Source: Azolla caroliniana (Eukaryota > Plantae > Polypodiophyta). From it: a stretch of 64,000 nt of DNA. Below the pieces are notes generated by a model. It was not told the DNA's origin and ran no database searches. It saw only the letters and a program-made list of their open reading frames with translations. Of the stretch, positions 37,788 to 52,500 are shown piece by piece. A program made the translations under genes and the position numbers. The DNA is taken from the NCBI GenBank assembly GCA_043228905.1, contig JBHGNT010000008.1, positions 14,446,001-14,510,000 of the forward strand. The letters are read 5' to 3'. The first letter of the stretch is position 1; each line of letters starts with the position of its first letter.

Positions 37788-40700
37788 ATATTCCCTGGGA
37801 TGACCAGGTATTAATGGAGCAATTTCGTTTTGGCCTACGTAATGATGTCAAGGATGTACTCTTAACTTTCCCCGAAGAGCCAATGTCATTGACAGAAGTA
37901 ATCAATCGCGTGGTGTGATGCGATAACTGCCTTTTTGAACGATGTTTGGAACGTTAATTCTAGATGCCAAGGACAAGATCAGAGCCCACCTATGCCTCAG
38001 TTGTAGCAAAACCTTTTCCAAGGGAGTCATATAATGCGTCTCCAGCAAATACTTCAACACCAATGGAAATTGACACCACATGTCGTTGCGGACCATTATC
38101 GGAAGAGGAAAAGCAATGACGTCAAGCAAATCGACTATGTCTCTATTGCAGTGGACCAGGGCATATTGTAGTGAACTATCCCCATAGGCCAAGAAGACAG
38201 GTAAACCAAATAGTCCCTTGTTCTAATTGCACTAAATCCGAGTCTATTTTAGTAGGAATATCTGATAGTCCTAATAGTACTAATAGTCCAAATTCATAGA
38301 ACAAATTTGATGTCCTTAGTCAGTTAGAAGAAGAGTTAAACGACTAAATCCAGCCAAAATAGGAGCCGTTTGGTTGGACAACCCTAGATCCGTGTAGCCC
38401 ATTAGTGGTTTCATTCCCTTTAAGCAAGTTAACAATGTGTTCTTAGCTCAAGTAATAGTTAATACTAAAAGCACCCCTCTAGTACATGTCTTAGCACTCC
38501 TAGATTCCAGAGCTAATTCTTGCTTCATGGATTGGAATTTTGCCCAAACTCATAAGATATCCCTAAGAAAACTCCCTTGTCCAGCCTCTACAGTAGTCAT
38601 TGATGGTCGTTCCATTGCTTCCGGAAATATCATAGAAGAGTAAGAGCCAGTTAATATTGTGCTAGATAATTTACCGTGTGTAGTATCATTTAATATAATT
38701 AGTAGCCCAGAACATCCCATTGTTTTGGGATTACCATGGTTCGAATTACATAACCCATCTGACATAGATCGGAGAACAAGAGAAATTCGGTATTGACAAA
38801 CCAGAGGATCTACTCATAGGATTGCAACCATTTCGCTACATCAATTGCGTGAGGAAGGACGCAAGGAAACAATGTTCGTCTTCGCGGTATCAGTAAAACC
38901 TTCCAACACCACTAAAGAGGAATCCACACTTCAACTTCCAGAGAAGTATCCTCATTATGCTGATGTGTTCGATAAGGTACAAGCCAATACGCTTCCTCAC
39001 TATCGACCATATGATTGCCCCATTGATTTACAATCGGGAAAAGAGACACCATGGGGACCAATCTACAACTTGTCACCACTCGAGTTAGAAGTCCTTCGAG
39101 ACTATATAGAGGAGAATTTCGCAAACGGTTTCATTCGACATTCGAAATCTCCAGCCGGCGCACCCATTTTCTTTGTCAAGAAAAAGGATGGATCACTTCG
39201 TCTCGTCTTAGATTACCGTGGCTTGAATAAGGTCACCCTCAGGAATATGTATGCACTCCTCCTTATCTCAAGTATTTTTGAACGGATCAATGGTGCAAGG
39301 TTCTTCACAAAGGTCGACTTACGAGGAGCATATAACCTCGTACGGATCCGACCAGGAGATGAATGGAAGACCGCGTTTCGCACCAGATATGGGCACTTTG
39401 AGTATACGGTCATTGCCATTTAGTCTCACTAATGCGCAACAGTCTTCTAGCATATGACAAATGATATATTCCGAGATCTCTTGGATGTTTGTTTGATCAT
39501 CTATTTGGATGATCTACTGGTTTATTCGAAGACCCAAGAAGAGCATGATTCTCATGTATTGTTAGTACTAAAACGGCTTCAAGAACATGGTCTTTATGCA
39601 AAGTTGAAAAAATGTACGTTTGGGTGCAACCAGGTAGAATTTTTGGGCTATGTCATTTCCTCAGAAGGCATCTCCATGGATCCAGCTAAGGTCAAAACAG
39701 TGGTAGAGTGGCAAACTCCACGTTCGTTGCGAAATGTGCAATGCTTTTTAGGCTTTGCCAATTTCTACCGCAAGTTTATACAGGATTACTCAAAGCTTGT
39801 TCTGCCTCTCACACAGCTTACCAGGAAGGGACAATCGTTCGTTTGGTCTGAAGAAGCAGACATGGCTTTTGAGAGTCTTAAGAAGGCATTTACATCAACT
39901 CCTATTCTAGCTCATACTGATCTGGAAAAACCATTCATCATTGAAGCAGACGCGTCAGATTTCACCTTGGGTAGCATTTTGTCACAACAAGGCGATGATG
40001 AAAAGCTACATCCTGTGGCTTTCTACTCACACAAGTTTGATGCTGCCGAAATCAACTATGAAATTCATGATAAGGAGCTATTAGCAATAGTGGACTCTTT
40101 TACACAATGGAGGCATTTTCTAGAGGGATCTTCTCATCAAGTCACCGTATTCAGTGATCACAAAAACCTTGCCTACTTTTAGAGTGCTCGTGTGTTAAAT
40201 CGACGTCAAGCTCGGTGGGCCCAATTCCTCACACGTTTCGACTTAAATTACATATCGTCCTGGGAAGCATCAAGGGAAGGTAGATGCATTATCACAACGC
40301 TCATAGCTAGCACAATGTCCTGGCGAGCCAACTTTTGATAACCAAAAGCAAGTAATCCTAGGATCGACACGACTGCAAGCAACACAGGTCTTCGGTATGC
40401 CCTTGGATTCCCACGTTATTGATACCATACATGGGGACTTGAAGACAGATGCTTTCGCCCAAGCCATTCTAGCACAAATTGATCCCTCTCGAGCATCTTG
40501 TTCATAGTCGCAACAACCAGGTACAGACTATCGAATGTCATGATGGATTACTATTCTTTAAGAAACTCTTGCATGTTCCTAATGGTTCTTGTCGCCTTCG
40601 AGTAGTCCAAAATTGTCATGACACATATACAACTGGGCATTTCAGTAGTACTAAAACATTGGATTTAGTACAACAATCATTCTGGTGGCCTCATATGCGA

Positions 40701-42399
40701 AGATTTGTCGAAGATTATGTTCGGACATGTGATATATGTTGCAGGGCAAAGATGCCAAGACATCATCCATATGGTTTATTGGAACCCTTACCAATTCCAA
40801 GTAAGCCGTGGCAATCCATTTCTCTAGATTTCATCACAAATCTTCCAGTTTCAAAGGGATTCGACGCGATCTTAACAATAGTAGATCGATATAAAAAGAT
40901 GGCACATTTTCTGCCTTGTACTAAGGAAATCACTAGTGAAGAAACCGCCGAAACTATCATGCGAGAGGTATGTGGGCATCATGGCCTCCCCGATAGCATC
41001 ATTAGCGATCGTGGACCCCTATTCGTCTCGAAATTCTAGAAGCATCTCTTCAAAATGCTCAAGGTCACTTGTAATCTCTCCTCTGTTTATCACCCACAAA
41101 CAGACGAACAAGCAGAACGTACGAATCAAACACTAGAATAGTATCTTCAGTGTTTTCTAAGTTATCAACAAGATGACTGGGCGGATATTCTCCACTTTTC
41201 AGAATTTGCGTATAATAACTCTATCCACTCATCGACTAGGGTTACACCATTTTATGCTTATATGGGCTATCATCCCCGATGGTCATGATATAGCATGGTG
41301 ATATGGCATGGTATGGTTTCAAACGGATTTGAACCTATGATCTTGTGACAAATGGGCGGAAGCCTTACCATTAAGCTATAACTTGTAATACAAAAAATAT
41401 TATTTCCATTTATTATTTCACTTAGGAAATCCATGTATATTCTAGATTTCTCTGGAACATTCTAGAAATGTCAAGAATATTCCTAAAGCCACTATAAAAA
41501 GAGGCACATGGCATTATCAAGAACCAAATCGGTTCAACGCTAGTCTTAATCCTCATAGCTATTCTTGTACTTACTCTTCATATAATATATCACATGTTAT
41601 CATTTTCTCTCTCTCCTTTTCTCTTTTTTTCTCTTGTGAGTCTCTTACACATTACCTTCCTCTTAGTACTAATCCTCATAGTACTTCCCTTCTCTAGTAT
41701 TAATTCTCTCTCTGTTTTTAGTACTATTCCTGACAATATCAAAACCTCTTAAATAAATATAAATTCCCAACATAATAAATTGGCGATTTTATCTTCAATC
41801 AAAGCTTCCATGTTTCATTCCTAAGGTGTTGGCCATGGCTCATCTATTATAATTGTTTTCTTCGATAAAGGCAAACCTTATTTTATAAGAAAAAAGGTCC
41901 ATTATCATCACCATCCCATGAATGACAAAATTTGGACATCAAATGGGATACAAAGTTCACACAAACATGCTTAAATGACTCCAAACTACATACACCCAAT
42001 AGAATGATTATTTACATTGTTGTATCCCACTTTATCATTATTAATGCAAGCATGCTTGTATATTTTTGTTGACTACAACTTTACCACTTCCACATATGCA
42101 TCCATGCTTAAGAGAGGCTAAGCCTAGGGTCTCCGTGAACACTTACAATATTTTGTTATGCTATGTGTTTTGTTTTTCTATCATAAAAAATCTTCATCTC
42201 ACATTATCTAATAACATGTCCTTGTTGGTTGCGATAGTAACATGTTACCTTAGGATTTGTCAATGGTTATATTTGCAAAGATCTATCACATCGACTATGC
42301 TTTCTAAACCTTATTCATGGGGAGTTGATGTACTTCCTTTCTTCCTAATCCAACATAATCTTCACTAATGCCAACATTCAACTTCAGAACTCTATCCAC

Positions 42400-44600
42400 C
42401 ATAAGAAACATGGTGGAATTCAAATAGCATACGTATAATCACTTTACTAATTACTCAAACTAACTTGATGATGTTAAGGTTTGAAATATTTTGTGACCAT
42501 TAGGAAGAGTTAGGCAAGTGTTTTAGTTGTTACTTGTCGAATTAATAAGGTCCAATGATGGAGCAAATTTACCTTGTACATGCAAATGTAGTTTGAAATG
42601 ACTTTTCAAGAGGTTGCTCGCTTATTTGTACACCCAAGTCATACGTTAGGATGTAAAAGGGTGAAAAACACTAGGAAACATTATGTAGAAGATGACAACA
42701 CTAAGTATAACAAGGCAGATTACGGTGCCCAACAATACAGAAAAACATCTCCACAAAAAAGGGTTTTGACAAATGCCATAGGTTACTTCCTATGAACCAC
42801 AAATGAACGGATTGTAAAAGTTCACCGAAAAGCCTTTGTATCATCCTTAATAAGTGGATGATTTGGGGCCACAAACTCAATTATGTGCTTTTGGTGTATA
42901 TAACACGACCTATAAAATGAGTACAAATATGATGCCTTTCCTACTATTCTACAAATAGAAGAAATGTATGTACTAGGTTAATATGTGGACGAATGGATCG
43001 AGAAACAATGATAAATGGATTCTTGCTTAAGTCATACTGTGCAATCATGGCAACAAATTTGTTTGTCCAAGACAAGGACTCCATTGAGGAGCCATTAAAT
43101 AATCTAAAAGAGGAACAAATTATACCATAATGGTTGTTGGAAAGTCTAAGTATCCATACAATGTGTGTGGACAAGTCTAAGTAGGATAGAGACAAAAAGT
43201 GGCGGTAAGCCAAATGACAAATATACAATAAGGTTATCATGTGATGGATCACCTATAAAAAAACATCATTTGGAGTGTCCCAACTTTTTTTTTCTAACTT
43301 TTTTTTGAAATTTCTTAAGTAGAGATAGGACATTAATATTTTCATAACCTAGAACTCTATGCAGATTCTTTTTCACTAGTTGCTTTATTCCACCACCAAG
43401 GTTTTCTTGATCACCTAAATAGGCTAACATGAAGGATTCTTATTGTGTACTACTTTCAATTAGGTTGGAAGTACCACCACACCTTGAATCTAATGATTCA
43501 ACCAACAACCCACAATTGACGTTGGATAGAATAAATCAATTGGAGATTCAAATAATCCATTGGCGGCAAAAACCAAGTACAAGACTTGATAGTCTAGTAA
43601 TGGAATATTGGTACCAATTAGGTCCAATCCGTGCTCTGTGATATAATGTTATCCATCCTAGATTTTCTTCATCACAATATCTATAACACATTCAAAAGAC
43701 TTGCCAACATTATTATCACTTAATATGATGCGTGGATGGTGCTCTAGGGTCATCAAGTAAATGAAATATTGTTGTTAGCTGTCTAACAAGTGTGTAGGCG
43801 ATTGAAAGACTCGTAACATTATGTGTAAAATAGGGTGAATAAATAATCATTAAATAGGGGGAGTAAGATTTTAAAGTGAAAGCAATTGTTGATCAATTGG
43901 CCAAAAATTAAGATAGTTAAACCTACAAACCTATATAAATGTAACTTGATGTAACAAAGAATTATGGGGTTATAAGCTATACGTACATAGTTGTGAATCA
44001 TGATACAATTTAATAGAGGTTTTAATGTTATTTAACCCACATCATACAATGTTTTAAAGCAAGTGCCTATGATTCTTAAACTAATTGATTACTAAGTATT
44101 TTGTTTCAATTGCATGTTAATTGAGATATTTTTCAAACAATAAATGTATGATTATTGTGGTAAAATAATCTATAATTGTATTCAAATCATATACTATATA
44201 ATTGTCTTGGTATCCTAATCTTATGTACAAGCATGACCCGGATATGTTGAAGTGCAAACAAGAGACATGGGTTACGGGTAAGAGGTGTGAGAGACATGGA
44301 TATTGATAAGCTTCTCAACTTCAATTTTACTCAAATATAAGAATATAATTTGTTCTAGTACAATTGTGGTCGTTCCTAAGAAGAATAGGTAGTTCCGGGC
44401 ATATGTGTTTAATACCACTGCAACATGTGACCCTTTACCTATCCTCTTCATTAACTTCATTGTTTAATTGTGTGTCACCCATTTGATTAAATGGTGTAAA
44501 TGGCCCTTCCAACATAGCAAATTGTTAAGCTTTCTCCTTTTTACAACCAAGTTCTAGTTGAATGAAAGTGGTGTATAGAGAGGTAACAACTAAGAAGTCA
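42400..44600 (-). mobile_element. Highly degraded LTR-retrotransposon pol-like remnants
   Basis: Only weak, fragmented RT/RNase H-like stretches on the minus strand; boundaries are approximate. Confidence 0.3.
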
Positions 44601-45068
44601 ATGCAAGTTTGTTTAAGATAGAGCACCCCTTAGGGGATCCTAACTCCCCCCCTCAATGATTGGTAACATAGGATAACCTTTAGATCTACAACAAGTTGGT
44701 GTCTCATAGCAATTGTTTTTGCTAGGGTTGAAGATTCCTAGTGTCAACATAGTTGAAATGCACGACATTGACCCAAAAAGGAATGACAACATGGGGTTGA
44801 CCCGATTCACTTGATACTTCAATAAGTGTTGTAGGTTGGTGTCTATATGTTTGGACATTACAATTTCTTCCAAGAAAACTTGCATTAATGTCAAGATGAA
44901 AAGTTCAAATATCTCTATGATGAGTCATTAGAAACTCATTGATGTGGTTTTTAGTCTAATCCCTTGGTTATAACCCCTAAGCACAACCAAGAAACTATAC
45001 AATTCATGGTTGGACAACATATCCAAAATAGGATTACAAAAGGGGTTGGAGTAGGGGTTCATTATTAT

Positions 45069-45626
45069 TGTGGGGTCCCTAAAGAGTCCCAACCGGAACA
45101 CGATCCCGAAGTGAGCCACAACAGACCCAAGAAGCCCCGAAACGACTTGGGACAAGGGGTCACCATCAATGTTGGCACAAGCATAAGGAGTTGGGACCCA
45201 AGAAGGGAACTAGTCCCAATCACGGTTCCAGTCCCAGTCCCAATTCCTAAGAAGGGGTTCCACCCTTGGGTTGGGACCACGAGTCCCAAACTGAGTTGGG
45301 ACTTGGGAAAGACCCAACTCCAAACCCTACTACAAGAACAACAACGTCCAAGTGCAAACGATCAGCCATAGGATCGACCAAAAGACACCTATTGGCCTAA
45401 CATTAAGAGAGACCAATAGCCACCTCTTGGCATAACAACCACCCCTCTCGGCATAACGGCCACTCCCTTGGCCTATATAAGAACCCTATTCTTTTTTAGC
45501 ATTCCCGGATTTAGAAACTCTTTGCTCCTTAATTATAATAATGCTCAAGTTATATTAATAAAATCTCTCTTCTCCCCACCGTGTTTTGGGTTTGTTTCGA
45601 GACCCCCACGTTTTAGATTCGTCACA
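45069..45626 (+). mobile_element. Solo LTR
   Basis: TGTGG...TCACA termini; TSD ATTAT/ATTGT; GTCCCA-rich U3; TATATAA near 45474. Confidence 0.65.
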
Positions 45627-46482
45627 ATTGTGATGTCATCAACTTTCTTGTAGTTTTTGCCTACCCAAAGCTTCCCATTCCTCTTGATAACAATCAAAAT
45701 TGGACTAAACCAAGTTATCTTCTTGATTGGCTGAATATATTGAGAGAAGAGAATCTTATTTACATCTTCATCTATTTAGGCTATATAGTTTGAGCTCAAT
45801 TGATATCAACATCCTTTAAGTTATCCAGCATGTTGATGTCCTTGGTTTGCGACAAGGTGATTATCAATGTAAGTCATTCTGGCTAGGTAGATAACTTGAC
45901 TTTTGTTATACTCTACCAAAAACAAACAAGGTAATGTTATAGTCGTATGTGGAAACACAATAAGCAACCCAACAACATATTGAATTAAAGTAATGTCTTG
46001 CAAATGTTGCTATTTATCCTCTTCATAGTGCCTTTATTTATACATTGATAGATGGAACACGCATGTCCACTAAGAAACATTTGCATCATTCAAACAAAGA
46101 TTTAAAATCTTCTAAAGATATATTAAGATCCTTCTAGTAAGATCATTAGTTTCCATAGCCAATTCCAATCCTTTTTTATCAATTTCATAATCATGATAAC
46201 TATTTTCTAGTTTCAAGAGTGCTGAGGGCTTAAAATTAGATTTTGATATTTCTTATGTTTTTTTTTCTTATAGTAAGCCGAATCATACATTTCAACCAAA
46301 CCTAGGATACTCAAAAAAATGTGCTCTGTAGTAGAGCAGTTCGGAGACATCAAATCATTCATATTTTATCAGTGGTATAAATTACACATGCAACTTCCCA
46401 CAAACAGCTCATGAGATATATGTTACAAGCATGATAATAATTAGAACAAATAAATATAATTGTTTTTTTCTGATCATAAGAC

Positions 46483-46541
46483 CTAATCAATAGGAGCTTC
46501 GCTCTCTCCAAACCAACGTGGAGGATCAAATCCAGATGAAC
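46483..46541 (-). CDS. YidD/UPF0161 exon 5 (last)
   Basis: TCAG|GT SSGFDPPRWFGESEAPID*. Confidence 0.9.
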
Positions 46542-49500
46542 CTGACATATTCACAAAAGGTTGATATTAGATTGAACTTGATGCAATGCCAGAACTTTCT
46601 TCAAAAACCTTTGAGAATTTTGACCCACACACATGACATGACACAACATGAACCACCATAGGGATGGACATTTACCATAGATAAGGGCTAAGCCTAGTTC
46701 CCTTAGAGAGAATAGCTCTTGCCACAAATGTGGCATCCTATCTATGGATCCACTCTACATTAGTATATGTACAAGGCCACCAAGGGCAACATTCCAAGAG
46801 TGTCGATCATTCAGTGATCAAAATGCATTGCGAAACACATTGACAAGACCCAACTACATCTTAAGTCTAGCACTTGTATTGAGCACAAGAAGAGGTGTCC
46901 TCATCTTTCCAATGTCTGGGCATAGACCTAGGATTTATCAATAAAAATAGGACTGGGTACTCTATAGTGCATTTCTGTCATATCACACGGTGTGCTTAAA
47001 ATACCTAAATACTTCATACTATTAATCAGCAAACGTTTTCCATACTGTACAATTTAACAATCTTTCTTTGCAAACAAATACCATGCTATATAATGATCAA
47101 TTTCACGATCTCATGATTCATAATTTCGAAGCTCTTCAATCATGTGCAAACACTTACCAAAAGGGTTGCATCTTAACAACCTCCACGCGGTTAAAATTGT
47201 ACCCTTTGTAACTCCATATCTTTGATATGCTTGCATAGAGTATTCACTACATGTTGGCACATAGCGACAAGTTCGTGGTAAAAATGGTGATATTTCTCCT
47301 GCAAAGATAAAAACAAAAAGGTATATAATGTTTCTCGCAGCATACTAAATAGTGTTATGCTCTGCTTTGCTTCAAAGTACAAGATCTTGCAGTTGTCCAG
47401 AGAAGGTAGATTTGTTTTAGAATTCCTTTCAAAATCAATTTCAACAGAAGAATTGGAAGGTTGCTGATTAGAATAAATCTGATAAAACTTTGGTAATCTG
47501 CATGTGATATTTTTTGCATAGAATCATCTCCATGTTTGCATTGAGATTCATCACACGGCTTACAATGTTATGCATTTGTATCCTTCTTGTGATATCCTTT
47601 CTATAACACATCCCCATTTCAGACAAAAAATCCCTACAAATGTATAGAAGGTTCTAGAACCTTCATTGATAAAATAATTTTGGCCAAAAAGTAGATAGCT
47701 TCTTTTGTATATTAAGGGCTTTACAAGCTATACAAGTTTCCTTGGAAAGAAAACTTACTTCTATAGAAGCTTAAGAGTGCGAGTGCAATTGCAACCCCCA
47801 AGCTTCCTTGAATCTCGGTTGCACTCTGAAGTTTGCTACCTTTTTGCAGTTCTTCTGCATAATCATACCCCTGTAGATTAGAAGTTCATTTTATAGAAAT
47901 TGTGGAAAATAGAAAACAAAGAAAATAGAAGTCTATCACCTGCCTTCATGTTCAATAGGGCTCTTCTCCAAATGTGAGCAGCATATGTTATGTAGCCTTG
48001 AGTTCCAGATATTGATCACTTTGTTTGCATGGGGTGTAACTAGCTGCAACTGCATCAGCAAATTTTCATAGCTAATGCCTACAATTTGTATTATTTCACA
48101 GTTACCAACCATTAAAGCAATACAATCACTAGAAATCAACATTTCTAGAGTGATTACATGACATATTGTACAATGGACAAAATATTAGATAAGTCTTGTG
48201 TTACTTGGGCATTTAATATAAACTTGTCATGTCAACTTTTGAACAGATGCATGTTCTTCCAGATATATTACCAAAATTAAAATTTCGTTTTGATTTCACA
48301 AAAATTACTTTAGCTTTAGTGACAAGTAGTGGTATTATGCTTGTTAGGCAAGATGATAACATTTCTTATATCATTATTACCCTCAGTTGTGAAGGTTTTT
48401 CTTGAGATTATTTGAATTATCAACCACAGCCTTATCCAGGTTTGGGTATGACGAAATACTAAGCATTAACCAAGACATTATTGACACATTTACCAATCAA
48501 CAAGACCCTCTATGGTGTCCCTATTCTGTTCCAACAGGGAAAGAGTTCCCAAACACTGGTTATATCCCAATATTGGGATGGTTGTAATATTTTGAGTTGG
48601 ACTATATTTAATGTACTAGCATTTTTGTCCTGGGTTTGTTTACATTTGCGTGTTCTTGTGTAATCTTGATTATGGGATGTAACAATCGTTATTAGAAAGA
48701 GAGAAAGATATATTAACGTCTTCTAAGGCCAAATTTGGCCCATGAGACAATTGGTTTACAACAAAAATGAGTGTTTATCCAATCATCAAAACTAAAATAA
48801 AAGAAAATAGCTTAAGCTAAGAGAGTTCTAGTAGTGTACAAAACTATACAAGGAAAGAGAAAGCGATGAAGAGAGTGAATCGGAATCCAAGGCGATCAAG
48901 GAGCCACAGAAGGGAGGGAGTCCTGTGGAGATCATGAAAGCGCAACTTGCTTAAATCTTGAAGGAGCAAAGAAGGGAGCAACGCTCACCAAGGAGGAGCC
49001 AAAGGGAGAGGGTCGAGGAGGAGGAATCCGACTAAAGAAGCTACAAGCCAGTCCCCCAAGGGAGTACGCACGGATGGGGGAATCCTTAGTACTGAATAGG
49101 TGGATCTGGGACATGGAAGGCTGTCTAGAGCAGTGTTGAGTGAGGCCACGAGCATGGGTGGACGTAGTGGGTTGGTACCTCAAGGATGATGCCTATAATT
49201 GGTTACTTTTGGTCGAGAGGTGCCCCTTTGAAGGCTGGAAAGATTTCAAGCAGAGAATGCAAGAAAATTTCATCCCACAGAATGAGCCTTTGAGGCTAAT
49301 GGATGAATGGAGAGCTTTAACTCAAAGAGTTATATTTCTAAATATAGGAAGCTTGTGTTACAAATCGCTAACATTGATGATTGGATAGGTTACATGGGTT
49401 TCTCTATGGGTTGCGGCCTTTGGTGAGGAAGGAGGTAGAGAAGATGGAACAAACAAACCTAGAGGAGGCGATTGACGTAGTGGAGTGCATGGGTGATTGG

Positions 49501-52500
49501 GAGGTGGCCCAATACAAGCAAGACACCATGGAGAAAGAAGGAATCACGAGACCTTGCGATCGAGCAAGGTATGAGGAACCAAGCAAAGCGAGAGAATGAG
49601 TCACACCCTCAAAATTTTGATGGACGGACATCCCAATTCCAACGAGGTTGCTTCAAGCGTGGAGCACCACACTTAGCTCGGCTCCCAGTCACCAACTCGC
49701 TCCGCTACTTGAATTGCTTCTTCCAATGTTGTTGGCTCTATCTTCTCTACCTCCTTCCTCACCGAAGGCCACAACAACCCATAGAGAAAACCATGCAACT
49801 TATTAAAAATCTCAAATGTTAGTTATTCCTAACATCAATTTCCTATACTTAGAAATATAACTTTTGAGTTTCCAAAACTCTTGAGTTAGATTTCTCCATT
49901 CATCCCTTCTTTTAAAAGGTTCATTCCATGGAATGAAATACTGCCTAATCCTTTGTTTGAAATCTTCTCAATCTTTGAAGGGGATCCTCCGCTCCACCAA
50001 CAAGTACTAGTTATAGGCATTTGTCTTGAGGAACTGACTTGCAACCTTCACCCATCACCTCGGCTTCACTCGACATTGCTCTAGATAGCCTTCCGTTTTG
50101 TCGCGGATCCATCTAGTTAGCATGAAGGACTCCCTCGTTCCTATGTACTCTATCGGGGCAGCTGGCTTGTAGCTTCCATAATTGTCTTCCTCCTCAACCC
50201 TTTCCCTCTGCCCCCTTGGTGAGCTTTGTTCCTTCGTTTTTTCCTTCAAGATTTCCGCCAACTTGGCCAAAGCAATCTCAACCGGGTTCCCTCCCCCTCA
50301 TGGTTCCTTGATTACTTCTGATTTTGACTCCAATCTACTTTCCTCGATCACTTTTTCTTTCATGGAAGATCTCTTAGAGCTTTCAAGTGATGCTATGAAA
50401 TATGTAGTTATTTAGGAAAGTTTAATGGACCCACTAGAAGTGGAGAGATGCTAAAAGGACAAAATTAGAATATTACATTGCAAACATCAATCCTGAATGT
50501 TGGGTTCTATAAAAGGCAAGAAGCCCTATTGATCATATTCAACCTTACCTCATTACTAAAATGTGTATCAGTTCTCGTATAGCCCTAACACTCCTTTGCA
50601 CTCGATCACACGACCTAGGTATTGAAGTTGCATTATGGCATCAAAATCAGCCAAATATAAAGGCATGTAAGGTATGCAAAGTAGGGATAGTAGAGGATGA
50701 GTATCATTTGCTTTTTACATGCTCTACATATAGTGCAATTCATGAAAGCTATGATGGTATATTAAGAGGGAGTGATAATTTGAGTGTCACACTAAATGGA
50801 ATACCTAGAAGGTTGAGTTCATATGTGTATGCCTTATTCACACATTGAGACTTGGTGCTTCGAAGTATGATTATCCCTTCTTAGGAAGGAGACACACATC
50901 AAGGGAACTTTTGTAATTAGATCCCATGGGTCAATGTTGGCCTCTCTATGGACTAAAAATATTTATCTATTTATTTATGTATTGAGAGTAGCCTGAGCAA
51001 CACAAGGCACAAGACTAAGGCATCAAAGTGCTTGAAGCAGTTTTGTGATCTTGATGGGTCTAGAGCTCTAGAGGATGTCCCTATTTTGTCCCAAAACTGA
51101 GTAGGACTGAACAAGGGACCCAGTCCCAATCCCAAAAGGGGCACCACCATGGTCTGTCCCAACCTTGTGTCCCAATGGGTAATCTCAATGGACTATCCAA
51201 TGGCTATACTCCGAACAGCTAGTCTGAATGGTCATATTTGGCCTTACATAAGGAGGAGCCATTCCACATTCACTTCATTCTCAAATTCACAAATTTTGCT
51301 CCAAGGAGTGTGGTGCTCTTTCTCTCTCCCTCGAATCAGTTTTGGAGTTGTCCTGACTACTCGTCCCGATTTGTCCCAACTTGTCCCAACTCATGTTTTG
51401 GTTTTGTCCAAATATTGGGATGGTTGTAATATTTTGCGTTGGAAGATAATATACTAGCATTTTTGTCCCATGTTTGTTTCCATTTGTGTGTTCTTGTGTG
51501 TGATTAGTTGAATCGTGATTTTGGGACATAACACCCTCCTTAGGACACATCTTACTAAGCATCTCACATGCATGGATCGACACACAATTTGGCAATTGAA
51601 TGAAATGTTATCTAACAACTTTCCTGTCATTGCTCCTTAAACTTTCTTGTTATCTAACAACTTTCCTGCAACATTTGTCCCATAAAGGGAATGCTTACTA
51701 CTAGTGGTATAGCCCATCATGAAATACCTCGCAGACAACCCTAGCTATGATTATCACATGCATATCCCAAAGAAATAGAGCTCTCCAAGCATTATTCATC
51801 ATGTCTTTACTAAATATCGGCATAACCTGAATTTGTTTATAACGGAGCCAAATATTGACTACAAAAGGGAAAATCCCAAAATGGTCCGTTCCAAGTATGA
51901 TGCCCTAACATATCCAATAGAAAGAGAAGAAAAAAGATCTCAAGCAGCACACCAAACACAAACAAACACTGGAAGCACTAAAACCTAAACTATAAACACT
52001 GAAACTTAAACCATGATTTTATCCTGAGATCCAACCAAAACATCATTGCTTGGTACATATCGTTTTATGGATTCATTTGAGAAAATTGATATGTTCATAT
52101 GTTACATGGATCTAGATTTGATTTTATTACATGCTATTTAATGAATGTTTTGATGGAGTTACAATAGACAATTAACTGTGAACATTAATCCGCTACTATG
52201 AGATTTGTACAAAGAAGCTTTCAATGGTAAAATATTTGCTTCCTGGACACAATATTTCGGCAATTTAATGAACTCTTTAGGTTTTTCTGTTACATTACAT
52301 GTTTAATATCCATCTGAATATTCACCAAAGTGGAATGGAATAACAGTTGGATTAATCCTAAACCATTTACTCTTTGACTCTAAACCACATTTTACATATA
52401 TCATATATCATATATCATATATCAGATGCGCTAAACCCTAAAGAGGGTTCATGGAAAATACAGCTATGGATAGAAATTTACGCCAAAATTGGGACGGATT

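Larger units (their letters stand above)
36443..41735 (+). mobile_element. Gypsy LTR retrotransposon, Tcn1/Tf1-like (degenerate)
   Basis: LTRs 36443-36882 and ~41282-41735 (TGTCA...TGACA); perfect TSD ATATC; gag (LPIKFDG, CLYCSGPGH), protease (ALLDSRA), RT (SPAGAPIFFVKKKDGSLRL, YLDDLL), RNase H (EADASD, NYEIHDKELLAIV), integrase (ISLDFI, ISDRGP); stops and frameshifts; integrase C-terminus and PPT missing. Confidence 0.95.
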
